Shown here: one piece after another, positions 1 to 8,146 of the stretch | Numbering within the stretch: the stretch's first letter is position 1 | Layout of the letters: the number at the start of each line of letters is the position of its first letter | Assembly (NCBI GenBank): GCA_035327325.1 | Contig: DAOLDO010000001.1 | Coordinates: 1 to 35,731, forward strand | Length of the DNA stretch: 35,731 nt | DNA from: Chloroflexaceae bacterium | GTDB lineage: Bacteria; Chloroflexota; Chloroflexia; Chloroflexales; Chloroflexaceae | Direction: 5' to 3' | The notes under the pieces: generated by a model | What the model was told of the DNA's origin: nothing | The model's input: only the letters and a program-made list of their open reading frames with translations | The model's database searches: none | Program-made: the position numbers and the translations under genes

Positions 1-35
1 AGCGCGGCGCCCCCCCCGGCATCAGTCGCGGGGCG

Positions 36-791
36 TTGACGCTGCTCGGGCTGACCCTGCTGGTCCTGCTAGCCATCCTGCTCTTTCCTGCCCCGCTATC
101 CCAGAAGCTGTTCTGGGCCATGGGCGGCGTCTGCGGGCTGCGCCCGGCCCACTCCTATTTCGCCGGCAGCGTCCAGCTGCCGCTCGAAGCGCGCATGACC
201 GGCATCTACGGGGGTGTGAGCATCACCCTCGGCTGGCTGCTCGCCACACGGCGTTTCGGCGCCACGCGCCTCGGCAGTCGCGCGGTGCTGGCGCTCCTCG
301 CGCTGATGTTCCTGAGCGTGGTGGCCGACGGGATGAACTCAACCTTCACCGATATTGGTCTGGCGCACCCGTACACCTCGACCAACATCACCCGAATTGT
401 GACCGGCCTGCTGTCTGGCGTGAGTATCGCCGCAGTGGTGGCGTGGGTCGTCGCCGCAGTCGCGCGGCCGACGGTGCGGCCACCACAGCGCCTGTTCCGC
501 GCACCACACGAGCTACTCGCACCCCTCGGCCTCTGCGCGCTGTTTGGCCTGCTCGTCGTGAGCCAGCAGCCCTGGGGCTACGAGCCGATCGCGCTGCTGA
601 GCGTCGGCGGGGTCGTGCTCACCGTAGCCGGCTCGTTGCTCCTGCCGGTGCTGCTGATCGGTGGCTGGAGCAACCGGGTCAGCGCCCCGCGCCTGCTCGT
701 CGGGCCGGGTACGCTCGCGCTGCTGCTTGCCTTCGCGCTGCTCGCCGCTACCGCCTCGTTCCGCTGGAATACCATCGGCATCCTCGGCTAG
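36..791 (+). CDS. polytopic membrane protein, DUF2085-like
   Basis: TTG-start ORF with an in-frame alternative ATG at 120. It has several hydrophobic helices. The segment GGVCGLRPAHSYF...LPLEARMTGIYGG resembles the conserved core of the DUF2085 membrane family. The promoter is not visible because the window edge lies 35 nt upstream. Confidence 0.5.
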   Translation: MTLLGLTLLVLLAILLFPAPLSQKLFWAMGGVCGLRPAHSYFAGSVQLPLEARMTGIYGGVSITLGWLLATRRFGATRLGSRAVLALLALMFLSVVADGMNSTFTDIGLAHPYTSTNITRIVTGLLSGVSIAAVVAWVVAAVARPTVRPPQRLFRAPHELLAPLGLCALFGLLVVSQQPWGYEPIALLSVGGVVLTVAGSLLLPVLLIGGWSNRVSAPRLLVGPGTLALLLAFALLAATASFRWNTIGILG

Positions 792-811
792 CTTTGGAAA
801 GGACCGCGTTC

Positions 812-1726
812 GTGTCTACCACTTCGACGGCGCCGCAGCGGGGCCGCAAGGCGCAACCTGCGCGGCGCATCCGCCCCTTGCAGGTCGCCATTCCGGCGCT
901 CCTGATCGGCTTCCTTGTCCTGTTCTTCGCGAGCCAGAATCGCGGCGGTGGAGGCGGCGGTGCAGTCGCGCGGCTGGACACCGAGGATGTCCACGCCCTG
1001 CTGTTCAGCCCACTCGACCCGCAACAGATCTTCTTCGGCCACCACGGCGGCATCAAGGTAAGCGGCGACCAGGGCAGCAGCTGGCAGGATGGCTCGCTCG
1101 CCGGCGCCGACGCGATGAGCCTTGCCGCCTCGCCGCAGAACCCGCAGCGGATCTATGCGGCCGGGCACGAGGTCTTCTTCCGCAGCGACGACGGCGGGCA
1201 GAGCTGGGCGCCGGTTGAGGGTGCGCTCCAGGGCGCCGATATTCACGGCTTCGCGGTCAGCCCCGATGATGCGAACCTGGTCTACGCCTATGTGGCGAAT
1301 GCCGGGCTCCAGATGAGCCGCGACGGTGGGACGACCTGGCAGCCACTCGGCCCTGTGGGCCAGCTGACGGCGCTGGCGGCGGGGGCGGGCGACCAGCTCT
1401 TCGCGGGCACGGCGACCGAGGGCGTGCTCGAGTCGACTGACGGCGGGCTGAGCTGGCAGCGGGGCGGCCTCAGCAGCTTCGGGACACAGATCAGCGCCCT
1501 CGCAATCGACCCGCGCAGCGGCGAGCTCTACGCCGGTGCGATGATGGGCACCATGCCAATGCTGCACCGCCGCCTGGAGAGCGGAGCGTGGGAGACGGTG
1601 TCGTTCAGCGGGACGAACCCGATCCTGGCGATCGCGCTGAGCCCGCACGAGGATGGCCTGCTCGTGCTCGTCGATCAGGCCGGGCGGGTTTACCGCAGCC
1701 GTGACGGTGGCCAGAGCTGGGGATAG
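812..1726 (+). CDS. membrane-anchored BNR/Asp-box repeat protein
   Basis: ORF-track entry 443..1726 trimmed to the in-frame GTG at 812, which has GGAAAGGA upstream and removes the overlap with the previous gene. N-terminal TM anchor (IPALLIGFLVLFF). Five SxDxGxxW Asp-box motifs: SGDQGSSW, SDDGGQSW, SRDGGTTW, STDGGLSW, SRDGGQSW. Confidence 0.7.
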   Translation: MSTTSTAPQRGRKAQPARRIRPLQVAIPALLIGFLVLFFASQNRGGGGGGAVARLDTEDVHALLFSPLDPQQIFFGHHGGIKVSGDQGSSWQDGSLAGADAMSLAASPQNPQRIYAAGHEVFFRSDDGGQSWAPVEGALQGADIHGFAVSPDDANLVYAYVANAGLQMSRDGGTTWQPLGPVGQLTALAAGAGDQLFAGTATEGVLESTDGGLSWQRGGLSSFGTQISALAIDPRSGELYAGAMMGTMPMLHRRLESGAWETVSFSGTNPILAIALSPHEDGLLVLVDQAGRVYRSRDGGQSWG

Positions 1727-1740
1727 ACAAGGAGACGACG

Positions 1741-2073
1741 ATGCGCTCGCTCGGTAAGAAAACGCTGCTGATCACCGGAATGCTGGTCTGCCCGTGCCAC
1801 ATGCCGCTGCTGCTGCCGCTGCTGGCGACGCTGCTCAGCGGCACGGTGCTCGGGGCCTGGCTCAGCGCCAACATGGGGCTGGTGTTCCTGCTCACCACGC
1901 TGTACTTCGTCGTCGCGCTGGTCGTCGGCATCCGCTGGATCGTCCGCGCGCCGAGCGCCGGCTCACGGCCAGCGAACGCGACGACATGCCGCCCGGCTGC
2001 GGTCGAGCGCCCGTCGAATATCTCGACGGCCCCTGAGCCGACCAGGGCGACAAGCGCCGGTGAGCTCGCATAG
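1741..2073 (+). CDS. MerE-like small membrane protein (CPCH motif)
   Basis: AAGGAGA RBS 5 nt upstream. Two predicted TM helices. The first carries LVCPCHMPLLLPLL, matching the TCPCHLPIL signature I recall from MerE of Tn21-type mer operons. The C-terminal tail is longer than in classical MerE. Confidence 0.5.
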   Translation: MRSLGKKTLLITGMLVCPCHMPLLLPLLATLLSGTVLGAWLSANMGLVFLLTTLYFVVALVVGIRWIVRAPSAGSRPANATTCRPAAVERPSNISTAPEPTRATSAGELA

Positions 2074-2127
2074 CTCGTTCCACCGTTCCCGCACGATCTG
2101 AATCTGACGAGCGCCGCGGAGCAGACG

Positions 2128-3261
2128 ATGCATGCAGCACGGGAAAGCCGGAGTGGACGGTACGTTGACATGGTCGCGTCGGTCTTGCTCCTCGCTGGTC
2201 TGCTTGTCGTGTGGGCGCGGCCCGCAGCCTCGCAAGGAGTTACAGTTGACGCGGCACGCCTGCCGCGTCTCACCACGCTCTACTTCCCGCAGACGGGGCA
2301 TCATCTGAGCAACCGCAGCGGGTTTCTCGACTTCTGGCGCGCAAACGGCCAGGTGCCGATCTTCGGCTACCCCATCACTGAGGAGATCGTCGAGCAGGGG
2401 CGCATCGTCCAATATTTCGAGCGCGCCCGCTTTGAGTATCACCCGGCGCTGCTCGGGCAACCAGGGCAGGTACAGCTCGGCTTGCTCGGACGTGAACTGT
2501 TCGCCGGTGCGGCGCGTCCGCAGTTCGAGGCGGTGGCCATGAGTGTGGATGGCGGTCGCTTCTTTGCCGAGACCGGCCTGGCCATCGAGGGTGAGTTCCA
2601 GCGCTTCTGGGAGCGGCGGGGCGCACTCCCGCTGTTCGGCTTTCCAATCAGCCCGCCGCTCGACGAGGATGGGCAGGTAGTGCAGTATTTCGAGCGCGGT
2701 CGGTTTCGGGCCAATCCAGGCGATATGGAGGCGTTCTACCGCCAGATGGAGCAGATCAACGGCATCAACCTCGATACGCTGTACGAGGTGCAGCTGGACG
2801 ATGTCGGGCGGCAGGTGGCGACCCAGCGCAGCCTGAACACAAGCCCGGCGCTGCGTCTCGCCGGGGCACAGGAGTGGTCGCCGGGGCTCTGGGAGCGACG
2901 GATCGTCGTCGACCTCTCCGACCAGTGGCTTAGCGCCTACGAGGGCGACCTGTTGGTATACCGGGCGCCCGTGGCAACAGGCCGCGACGGCTTCAATACG
3001 CCCACCGGCACCTATGCCATCTACGACAGGTTGCCCGTGCAGACCATGACCGGCTCGCTCAGCGGCGAAAGCTGGTATGTGCCCAACGTGCCGTGGGTTC
3101 AGTATGTAGTCGGCGGCGTCGCACTTCACGGCACCTACTGGCACGATCTCCATGGAACCGGCGTGCGGCCATCGCACGGCTGCATCAACCTGCGCATGGT
3201 CGACGCCCAGTGGCTGTATCAGTGGGCCGATCTCGGAACAACTGTTACTATTCAAAGCTGA
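2128..3261 (+). CDS. L,D-transpeptidase (YkuD domain) with N-terminal repeat modules
   Basis: GGAG 6 nt upstream of the ATG and a signal-like N-terminus (VLLLAGLLVVWARPAASQ). The C-terminal YkuD signature is ALHGTYWH...RPSHGCINL, with the catalytic Cys in HGCINL. Two ~53-aa internal repeats end in QYFERxRF. Confidence 0.8.
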   Translation: MHAARESRSGRYVDMVASVLLLAGLLVVWARPAASQGVTVDAARLPRLTTLYFPQTGHHLSNRSGFLDFWRANGQVPIFGYPITEEIVEQGRIVQYFERARFEYHPALLGQPGQVQLGLLGRELFAGAARPQFEAVAMSVDGGRFFAETGLAIEGEFQRFWERRGALPLFGFPISPPLDEDGQVVQYFERGRFRANPGDMEAFYRQMEQINGINLDTLYEVQLDDVGRQVATQRSLNTSPALRLAGAQEWSPGLWERRIVVDLSDQWLSAYEGDLLVYRAPVATGRDGFNTPTGTYAIYDRLPVQTMTGSLSGESWYVPNVPWVQYVVGGVALHGTYWHDLHGTGVRPSHGCINLRMVDAQWLYQWADLGTTVTIQS

Positions 3262-3290
3262 TGTGGGGACAGAAATGGAACCGGACACAG

Positions 3291-4013
3291 ATGACAGCAC
3301 CGGCGACGATTCTGGTAGTCGATGACGAGGAGCGACTGCGCGAGCTGTTGCAGAGCTATCTCGCGCAGGCAGGCTTCAGGGTGCTGCAGGCCGCCGATGG
3401 ATCTCAGGCGCTCGAGCTGGTTCGCGCCCACAACCCTGACCTGCTGGTGCTCGATCTGATGCTTCCCGGCCTCGATGGGCTGGAGGTCTGTCGCCGGCTG
3501 CGCACCTTCTCCGACGCCTACGTGCTGATACTCACCGCCCGAGCTGAGGAGATCGACCGCGTGGTCGGGCTGGAGGTGGGCGCCGACGACTACTTGACCA
3601 AGCCCTTCTCGCCGCGCGAGCTGGTGGCCCGCGTGCGCGCGATGCTGCGCCGCCCGCGCGGCGGAGGGGGACGAGACGAGCTTCCCTCGGCACCCGTCCA
3701 GCCCGTGGCCTTTGTGCTCGGCGCGCTCCGCATTGACCATGACCGTCACGAGGTTACCCTCGATGGTATGCCGCTCATGCTCACTGCCACCGAGTACGAC
3801 CTCCTCATCACGCTGGCCACGCACCCTGGCCGTGCTTTCACCCGCGCTCAGCTTCTGAGCCAGGTCTGGGGCAACGACTACTTCGGTGACGACCATGTGG
3901 TCGACGCGCATATCGCCAATCTGCGCAAGAAGCTCGGCGAGGACCCGGCCCAGCCGCGGCTGATCGAGACCATCCGCGGGGTGGGCTACCGGCTCAAGGC
4001 CGGCCCAGCATAG
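3291..4013 (+). CDS. OmpR/PhoB-family response regulator
   Basis: Receiver domain (ILVVDDEE, LLVLDLMLPGLDG, KPF) followed by a winged-helix output domain (LTATEYDLLITLATHPGRAFTRAQLL...IETIRGVGYRL). An alternative in-frame ATG at 3261 overlaps the upstream stop (TGATG). Confidence 0.85.
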   Translation: MTAPATILVVDDEERLRELLQSYLAQAGFRVLQAADGSQALELVRAHNPDLLVLDLMLPGLDGLEVCRRLRTFSDAYVLILTARAEEIDRVVGLEVGADDYLTKPFSPRELVARVRAMLRRPRGGGGRDELPSAPVQPVAFVLGALRIDHDRHEVTLDGMPLMLTATEYDLLITLATHPGRAFTRAQLLSQVWGNDYFGDDHVVDAHIANLRKKLGEDPAQPRLIETIRGVGYRLKAGPA

Positions 4014-4025
4014 CGGGAGGCTCCC

Positions 4026-5156
4026 ATGCCCTTCTGGCGCCGTGGCGGCCTGCGCACCCGCCTCTTCCTGGCCCACCTGCTGGTCATCATCGCCGGTATG
4101 GCCACGCTGCTCCTGGTCACCTTCAGCACCGCCCCGACCCTGCACGACCGGTTGATGGTCGAGCTGCTCGGCCCGGAGCAGCCGATCGCGGACGACCCGG
4201 CGATGAGCGCGATGGAGCAGGCGACCAACGCGGTGTTCCAGACGGCGATGCACCAGGCGTTACTGCTCAGCGGGGGCGCGGCGACCCTGGTAGCCGTGGC
4301 GGTCAGTCTGCTCGTATCCGCCCGCATTGTCACACCAGTGCGCCAGATGCTTGCGGCCAGCCGCCGCATCGCCGAGGGACACTATGTCGAGCGCGTGCCT
4401 GCCGCCGGCCACGACGAACTGGCGGCCCTGGCCGGCGCGTTCAACATCATGGCCGCTGAGTTGGAGGCGGTCGAACGCCGGCGGGTGGCCCTGATCGGTG
4501 ATGTGGCCCACGAGCTGCGCACGCCGCTGGCAACCATCGAGGGCTACACTGAGGGCGTGCTCGACGGCGTAGTTGCCCCGTCCGAGGAAATCTGGGCGCT
4601 CATTCATGACGAGGTGGGGCGACTGAAGCGCTTGGTCGCCGACCTCCAGGAGCTCTCGCGCGCCGAGGCCAAGCAGCTCATGCTCCACCTGGCTGCGGTG
4701 GCGCTGCCCGAGGTGGTCGAGCGGGCCAGAGCGAGGCTCGCACCGCAGTTCGCCGAGAAGGGCGTTGCGCTGGTCATGGCGGCGCCGGCTGATTTGCCCC
4801 TGGTCATGGTCGACGCTGACCGCATCCTGCAGGTACTGGTCAACCTGCTGGGCAACGCGCTGCGGGCCACTCCGGCCGGCGGGCTGGTGTGTATGCGGGC
4901 GCGAGCCGACGTGGGCGCGGTGGCGATCGAGGTGACGGACAGCGGCGTGGGCATCGCCGCGGAGCACCTGCCGCACCTGTTCGAGCGCTTCTACCGCGTC
5001 GACAAGGCCCGCTCGCGCACGCTTGGCGGCCACGGTATCGGCCTGACTATCAGCAAGGCCCTTATCGAGGCCCACGGCGGGCGCATCTGGGCGACCAGCG
5101 ATGGGCCGGGGCGGGGCGCCGCCTTCGCCTTCACCCTACCCCGGCATAAACCTTGA
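4026..5156 (+). CDS. sensor histidine kinase (2 TM, HAMP, HisKA, HATPase_c)
   Basis: GGGAGG RBS 7 nt upstream. Two TM helices flank a short extracytoplasmic loop of about 45 aa. H-box HELRTPL, N-box LLGNALRAT, G-boxes DSGVGI and GHGIGL. It starts 12 nt downstream of the response regulator. Confidence 0.85.
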   Translation: MPFWRRGGLRTRLFLAHLLVIIAGMATLLLVTFSTAPTLHDRLMVELLGPEQPIADDPAMSAMEQATNAVFQTAMHQALLLSGGAATLVAVAVSLLVSARIVTPVRQMLAASRRIAEGHYVERVPAAGHDELAALAGAFNIMAAELEAVERRRVALIGDVAHELRTPLATIEGYTEGVLDGVVAPSEEIWALIHDEVGRLKRLVADLQELSRAEAKQLMLHLAAVALPEVVERARARLAPQFAEKGVALVMAAPADLPLVMVDADRILQVLVNLLGNALRATPAGGLVCMRARADVGAVAIEVTDSGVGIAAEHLPHLFERFYRVDKARSRTLGGHGIGLTISKALIEAHGGRIWATSDGPGRGAAFAFTLPRHKP

Positions 5157-5264
5157 TCGGATCTTGAGCAAACGCGGCACGGAAGCTTGACCTTACTGCG
5201 CTATCATCAGCACAGAGGCGAGAGCGACACGCGGAATGCGTGCAACAGTAGAGGAGGACCGACG

Positions 5265-5492
5265 ATGATGAGCGGATTTGGCGTGATGGCCGGCCTAGGC
5301 TGGCTTGGGATGCTGACGATGCTGCTGTTCTGGGTAGGTGTGCTGGCTCTGGTCATCTGGGGCGTGAGTAACCTGTTCCCCACCCGGCAGCTCACTACCG
5401 AGACCGACGCGGTCGAGATTGTCCGGCAGCGCTTCGCCCGCGGCGAGATCAGCCGCGAGGAATACCTGCAGGTCGTCGAGACGCTGCGCTGA
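5265..5492 (+). CDS. SHOCT-domain small membrane protein
   Basis: ORF-track entry 5187..5492 trimmed to ATG 5265, which has GAGGAGGA 6 nt upstream. One or two TM helices, then a C-terminal SHOCT-like RFARGEISREEYLQVVETLR. Confidence 0.7.
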   Translation: MMSGFGVMAGLGWLGMLTMLLFWVGVLALVIWGVSNLFPTRQLTTETDAVEIVRQRFARGEISREEYLQVVETLR

Positions 5493-5500
5493 AGGAGACG

Positions 5501-6274
5501 ATGATGCGACTACGATGGCTAGGTGTTACCGGCGTGACGCTCCTGCTCGTCAGCCTGGTGCTGACCCTGGTTGGCCCGCAGCTCTGGCCCTCAGCCTACT
5601 TCGGCGCTCGCGCCGGGATGATGCCCACAGGGATGATGGGCGGCCAGGGCGGGATGACGAGTGGCGGGATGATGGGCACCATGATGGCCGACGATGGGGT
5701 GATGCAGTCGATGATGAGCGGCGAGGTGGGTGGCGACCCGGCCCAGCCCTTCGACCTGCGCTTCCTCGACCAGATGGTGCCCCACCACCAGATGGCCGTC
5801 TACTCGGCCCAGATGATGCTTGCGAACTCGGAGCGGCCCGAACTGCGCGATCTGGCGCAGCGCATCATCAGCGCCCAGCAGGCCGAGATCGACCAGATGG
5901 CGCAGTGGCGCACCAGCTGGTTCCCTGACGCGCCCGCTGCGCCGTCGCTGACGATGATGGGCGGCCAGGGCGGGATGATGGGCGGCGGCATGATGGGCGG
6001 CCAGGGCGGGATAATGGGCGGCGGCATGATGGGCGGCCAGGGCGGGATGATGAGCGGCGGCATGATGGGCGGGCAGGAGCAGATGGACCGGCTGTTCCTC
6101 GAGATGATGATCCCGCACCACGAGGCGGCGATCAGCATGGCCGAGCAGGCCCTCGCGGAGAGCGAGCGCCCTGAGCTCCGCGCGCTGGCCGAGGCGATCA
6201 TCAGCAGCCAGACCGCCGAGATCGACGAGATGCGCGGCTATCTGCGGGACTTCTTCGGCATCGCCACGCCGTAG
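5501..6274 (+). CDS. tandem DUF305 protein with Met/Gly-rich segments
   Basis: AAGGAGA RBS and a signal/TM N-terminus. Two DUF305-like halves: FDLRFLDQMVPHHQMAV...ELRDLAQRIISAQQAEIDQMAQW and DRLFLEMMIPHHEAAI...ELRALAEAIISSQTAEIDEMRGYL. Each half is preceded by MMGGQGGM-type Met-rich runs. Confidence 0.8.
   Translation: MMRLRWLGVTGVTLLLVSLVLTLVGPQLWPSAYFGARAGMMPTGMMGGQGGMTSGGMMGTMMADDGVMQSMMSGEVGGDPAQPFDLRFLDQMVPHHQMAVYSAQMMLANSERPELRDLAQRIISAQQAEIDQMAQWRTSWFPDAPAAPSLTMMGGQGGMMGGGMMGGQGGIMGGGMMGGQGGMMSGGMMGGQEQMDRLFLEMMIPHHEAAISMAEQALAESERPELRALAEAIISSQTAEIDEMRGYLRDFFGIATP
5954..6076 (+). repeat. in-frame 36-bp tandem repeat (3 copies plus a partial copy) encoding MMGGQGG(M/I)M(G/S)GG
   Basis: Units 5954-5989, 5990-6025 and 6026-6061 differ by single nucleotides (gatgatggg / gataatggg / gatgatgag). 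A fourth partial unit starts at 6062. The repeat lies inside the DUF305 CDS. Confidence 0.9.
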
Positions 6275-6290
6275 CTAAGCCAGGGAGCTC

Positions 6291-6890
6291 ATGCAGACCC
6301 AGACCCACTTCCTGATCACCGCGGCGCTCGGCCACCTCGGCCGGCGCCGCGCGGCATTGCCTATGCATATGCCGGCGCTGCTCGTCGGCTCCGTACTGCC
6401 CGATGTGCCCTTCGCGCTGCTGAGCCTCCTCTATGGCGCCTACTACCGCTGGATCGCACCGCCTGCCGAGGGCGGCGACGTCCACGGGATGCTGCACTTC
6501 AACCTGTTCTACACCGACCCGGTCTGGATTATCGGCCACAATACGCTGCATTCGCTGGTTGTCATCGGGCTGCTCGCGTTGGTCGGGACCCTTGCAGGGC
6601 GGCGCGGCCGACGCTGGGGCTGGCCGCTCGTCTGGTTCGCTGTTGGCGCCGGCCTGCACACCGTCGTCGATATCTTCACCCACCACAGCGATGGCCCACT
6701 CTTCCTGTTTCCGCTGAACTGGTCTTACCGCTTCGCCAGCCCGCTGAGCTATTGGGAAGATGCGTACTATGCCGACGCGGTGCGCCTCACCGAGTATGCG
6801 CTGAGCGCGGTCTGTCTCATCTATCTCGCCGCAAGCTGGTTCGCGAGTAGGCGGCAGCGTCGCCGTTCGATCCACTCAGAGCGCCCTTGA
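6291..6890 (+). CDS. membrane protein, metal-dependent hydrolase-like (YdjM/DUF457-like)
   Basis: GGGAG RBS. Multiple TM helices with His-rich motifs at the helix ends (THFLITAALGH, LPDVPF, HNTLHS, HTVVDIFTHH). Family assignment is from motif recollection only. Confidence 0.4.
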   Translation: MQTQTHFLITAALGHLGRRRAALPMHMPALLVGSVLPDVPFALLSLLYGAYYRWIAPPAEGGDVHGMLHFNLFYTDPVWIIGHNTLHSLVVIGLLALVGTLAGRRGRRWGWPLVWFAVGAGLHTVVDIFTHHSDGPLFLFPLNWSYRFASPLSYWEDAYYADAVRLTEYALSAVCLIYLAASWFASRRQRRRSIHSERP

Positions 6891-6891
6891 G

Positions 6892-7803
6892 CTAGGGCTC
6901 TTGCGCGGCGAGCGCCTCCCATGCAATGGCGCCGATGCCTGCAAGGGTTAGCCCGACACCGATCCCTTCCAGCAGGCCGATCGGCTCGGCGAAGACGGTG
7001 GCGCCGAGCAGCAGGCCGAGGACCGGAACCAGGAAGAAGAACATGGAGAGCCGCCCTACATCTCCCCGTCGGATCAGCCAGTACCAGACGGCATTGGCAA
7101 CCGCGGTGCCCGGCAGCGCGAGGAAGAGGAGGAGCCCGAGGAAGCTGCTGTTCCAGGCGATCGCAACCCCAGCCTCCATGATCGCCGAGACGAGCAGCAG
7201 GGGCAGGCTGCCGGCAACCAGCTGCCACGCGGTGAGCTGTAGCACATCCAACTGGGGCTGCATCCGCTTGGCAATGATCGAACTGGCGGCCAGCCCGAGG
7301 GAGGCTGCCAGTGCGAGCAGCGGCCCGTCAACGCCCGCGGGGCCGGCAAAGGCCGGTGCGGCGATTAAGACGCCGCCAGCTAACCCAAGAAGTAGCGCGG
7401 TCCACTTTCCGCCGGACATCCGCTCGCCGAGAAAGGTGGCAGCCAGAGCGGGGACGAGCACCGGCTGAAGATTCCCGAGCACTGCCGCAACCCCGGCCCC
7501 GGTCCGTCCGGGGCTGAGAAACATCGCGCCAAACGCTACTGTCGTCGCCGTCGCGGCAAGCGCTGTGATCCAGGGCCAACTGTCGCGCGGCGGCATCAGT
7601 GTCCGGCGCGAGGCCACGAGCAGGCCCAGCAGGGCCGCCCCGCCGACCAGCCCCCGCAGGGCGGCAAACCGCAACGGCGGGGCAAAGGCGAGACCGGCTT
7701 TAATCGCCACAAAGCACAACGCGTACACCAGGGTCAGACCCAGCACGATCAGCAGGCGACGCGCCCGTCCTGCCTGGCAGGTAGACTGAACGCTCACCTG
7801 CAT
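6892..7803 (-). CDS. EamA/DMT-family transporter
   Basis: AAGGGAGAA RBS. About 10 TM helices in two EamA-like halves, Gly/Ala/Leu rich. It is convergent with the previous gene, with stop codons 1 nt apart. Confidence 0.8.
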   Translation of the reverse strand: MQVSVQSTCQAGRARRLLIVLGLTLVYALCFVAIKAGLAFAPPLRFAALRGLVGGAALLGLLVASRRTLMPPRDSWPWITALAATATTVAFGAMFLSPGRTGAGVAAVLGNLQPVLVPALAATFLGERMSGGKWTALLLGLAGGVLIAAPAFAGPAGVDGPLLALAASLGLAASSIIAKRMQPQLDVLQLTAWQLVAGSLPLLLVSAIMEAGVAIAWNSSFLGLLLFLALPGTAVANAVWYWLIRRGDVGRLSMFFFLVPVLGLLLGATVFAEPIGLLEGIGVGLTLAGIGAIAWEALAAQEP

Positions 7804-7851
7804 TGCCGTTCTCCCTTCGATGCGGCTTGCGTGGGCACGGCGGGCATCGGC

Positions 7852-8058
7852 CTAGGAACGGAACGTGCGCCTGGCCGTGATGCGGATGCAGATCGGCACG
7901 AGGACCAGGAGCACCGTGATGGCGGCTGCCCAGGCGACCATCCAGCCGAAGAGCGGTGCGACGAGGACGGCGATCAGGATCAACCCGCAGAGCCAGAGGC
8001 TCACGGTCAGGCCAAACGTTGCGGGTAGATCGTCTCCGAGCCAGCGTGGGCGTTTCAT
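7852..8058 (-). CDS. small two-TM membrane protein, unknown function
   Basis: ORF-track entry 7852..8130 trimmed to ATG 8058, which has GAGGAGGA 6 nt upstream. 68 aa with two hydrophobic helices. It lies 88 nt downstream of the CopB-like ATPase on the same strand. Confidence 0.4.
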   Translation of the reverse strand: MKRPRWLGDDLPATFGLTVSLWLCGLILIAVLVAPLFGWMVAWAAAITVLLVLVPICIRITARRTFRS

Positions 8059-8146
8059 CGTGTTCCTCCTCGTTGCGATGATGCTCCCCGTCGCACAGGC
8101 ACGAATTCTGTGCGGCGGGGAGCCGAACATACAAGCCGGCCCTTCC

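Noticed and set aside
18-28. ggcATCAGtcg, a 10/11 match to the proximal unit of array C-right, just upstream of the first gene
   Set aside because: It is a single unit, the preceding 11-mer is a C-run, and the window edge cuts off anything further upstream, so it cannot be called an array. If real, it would argue for the ATG 120 start of the first gene.
443-1726. Long 427-aa ORF overlapping the first gene by about 350 nt
   Set aside because: The N-terminal 123 codons are Arg/Ala/Pro-rich shadow sequence overlapping 36..791 in another frame. The recognisable protein (TM anchor plus BNR repeats) begins at GTG 812, which has an RBS.
1963-3300. 445-aa minus-strand ORF antisense to the L,D-transpeptidase gene
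   Set aside because: This is a typical high-GC antisense shadow ORF with no motifs and no RBS, while the + strand carries clear YkuD signatures. The same reasoning applies to 3252..4253(-), 4260..5075(-), 6201..6875(-), 7865..8752(+), 9821..10510(+), 16939..17985(+), 17580..18821(-), 21975..22646(+), 24794..25615(-), 25107..25958(+) and 33515..34396(-).
5153-5191. TTGAT 5153, TTGAG 5164 and TTGAC 5187 as a possible eighth phased array
   Set aside because: Only two units are in phase; the third is off by one. The orientation points at a minus-strand gene that does not exist here, and the first unit contains the kinase stop codon. Chance cannot be excluded.
5954-6076. 36-bp tandem repeat considered as a possible CRISPR or minisatellite
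   Set aside because: The units are directly adjacent with no spacers, in frame, and encode a Met/Gly-rich linker inside the DUF305 CDS. I saw no CRISPR array anywhere in the window.
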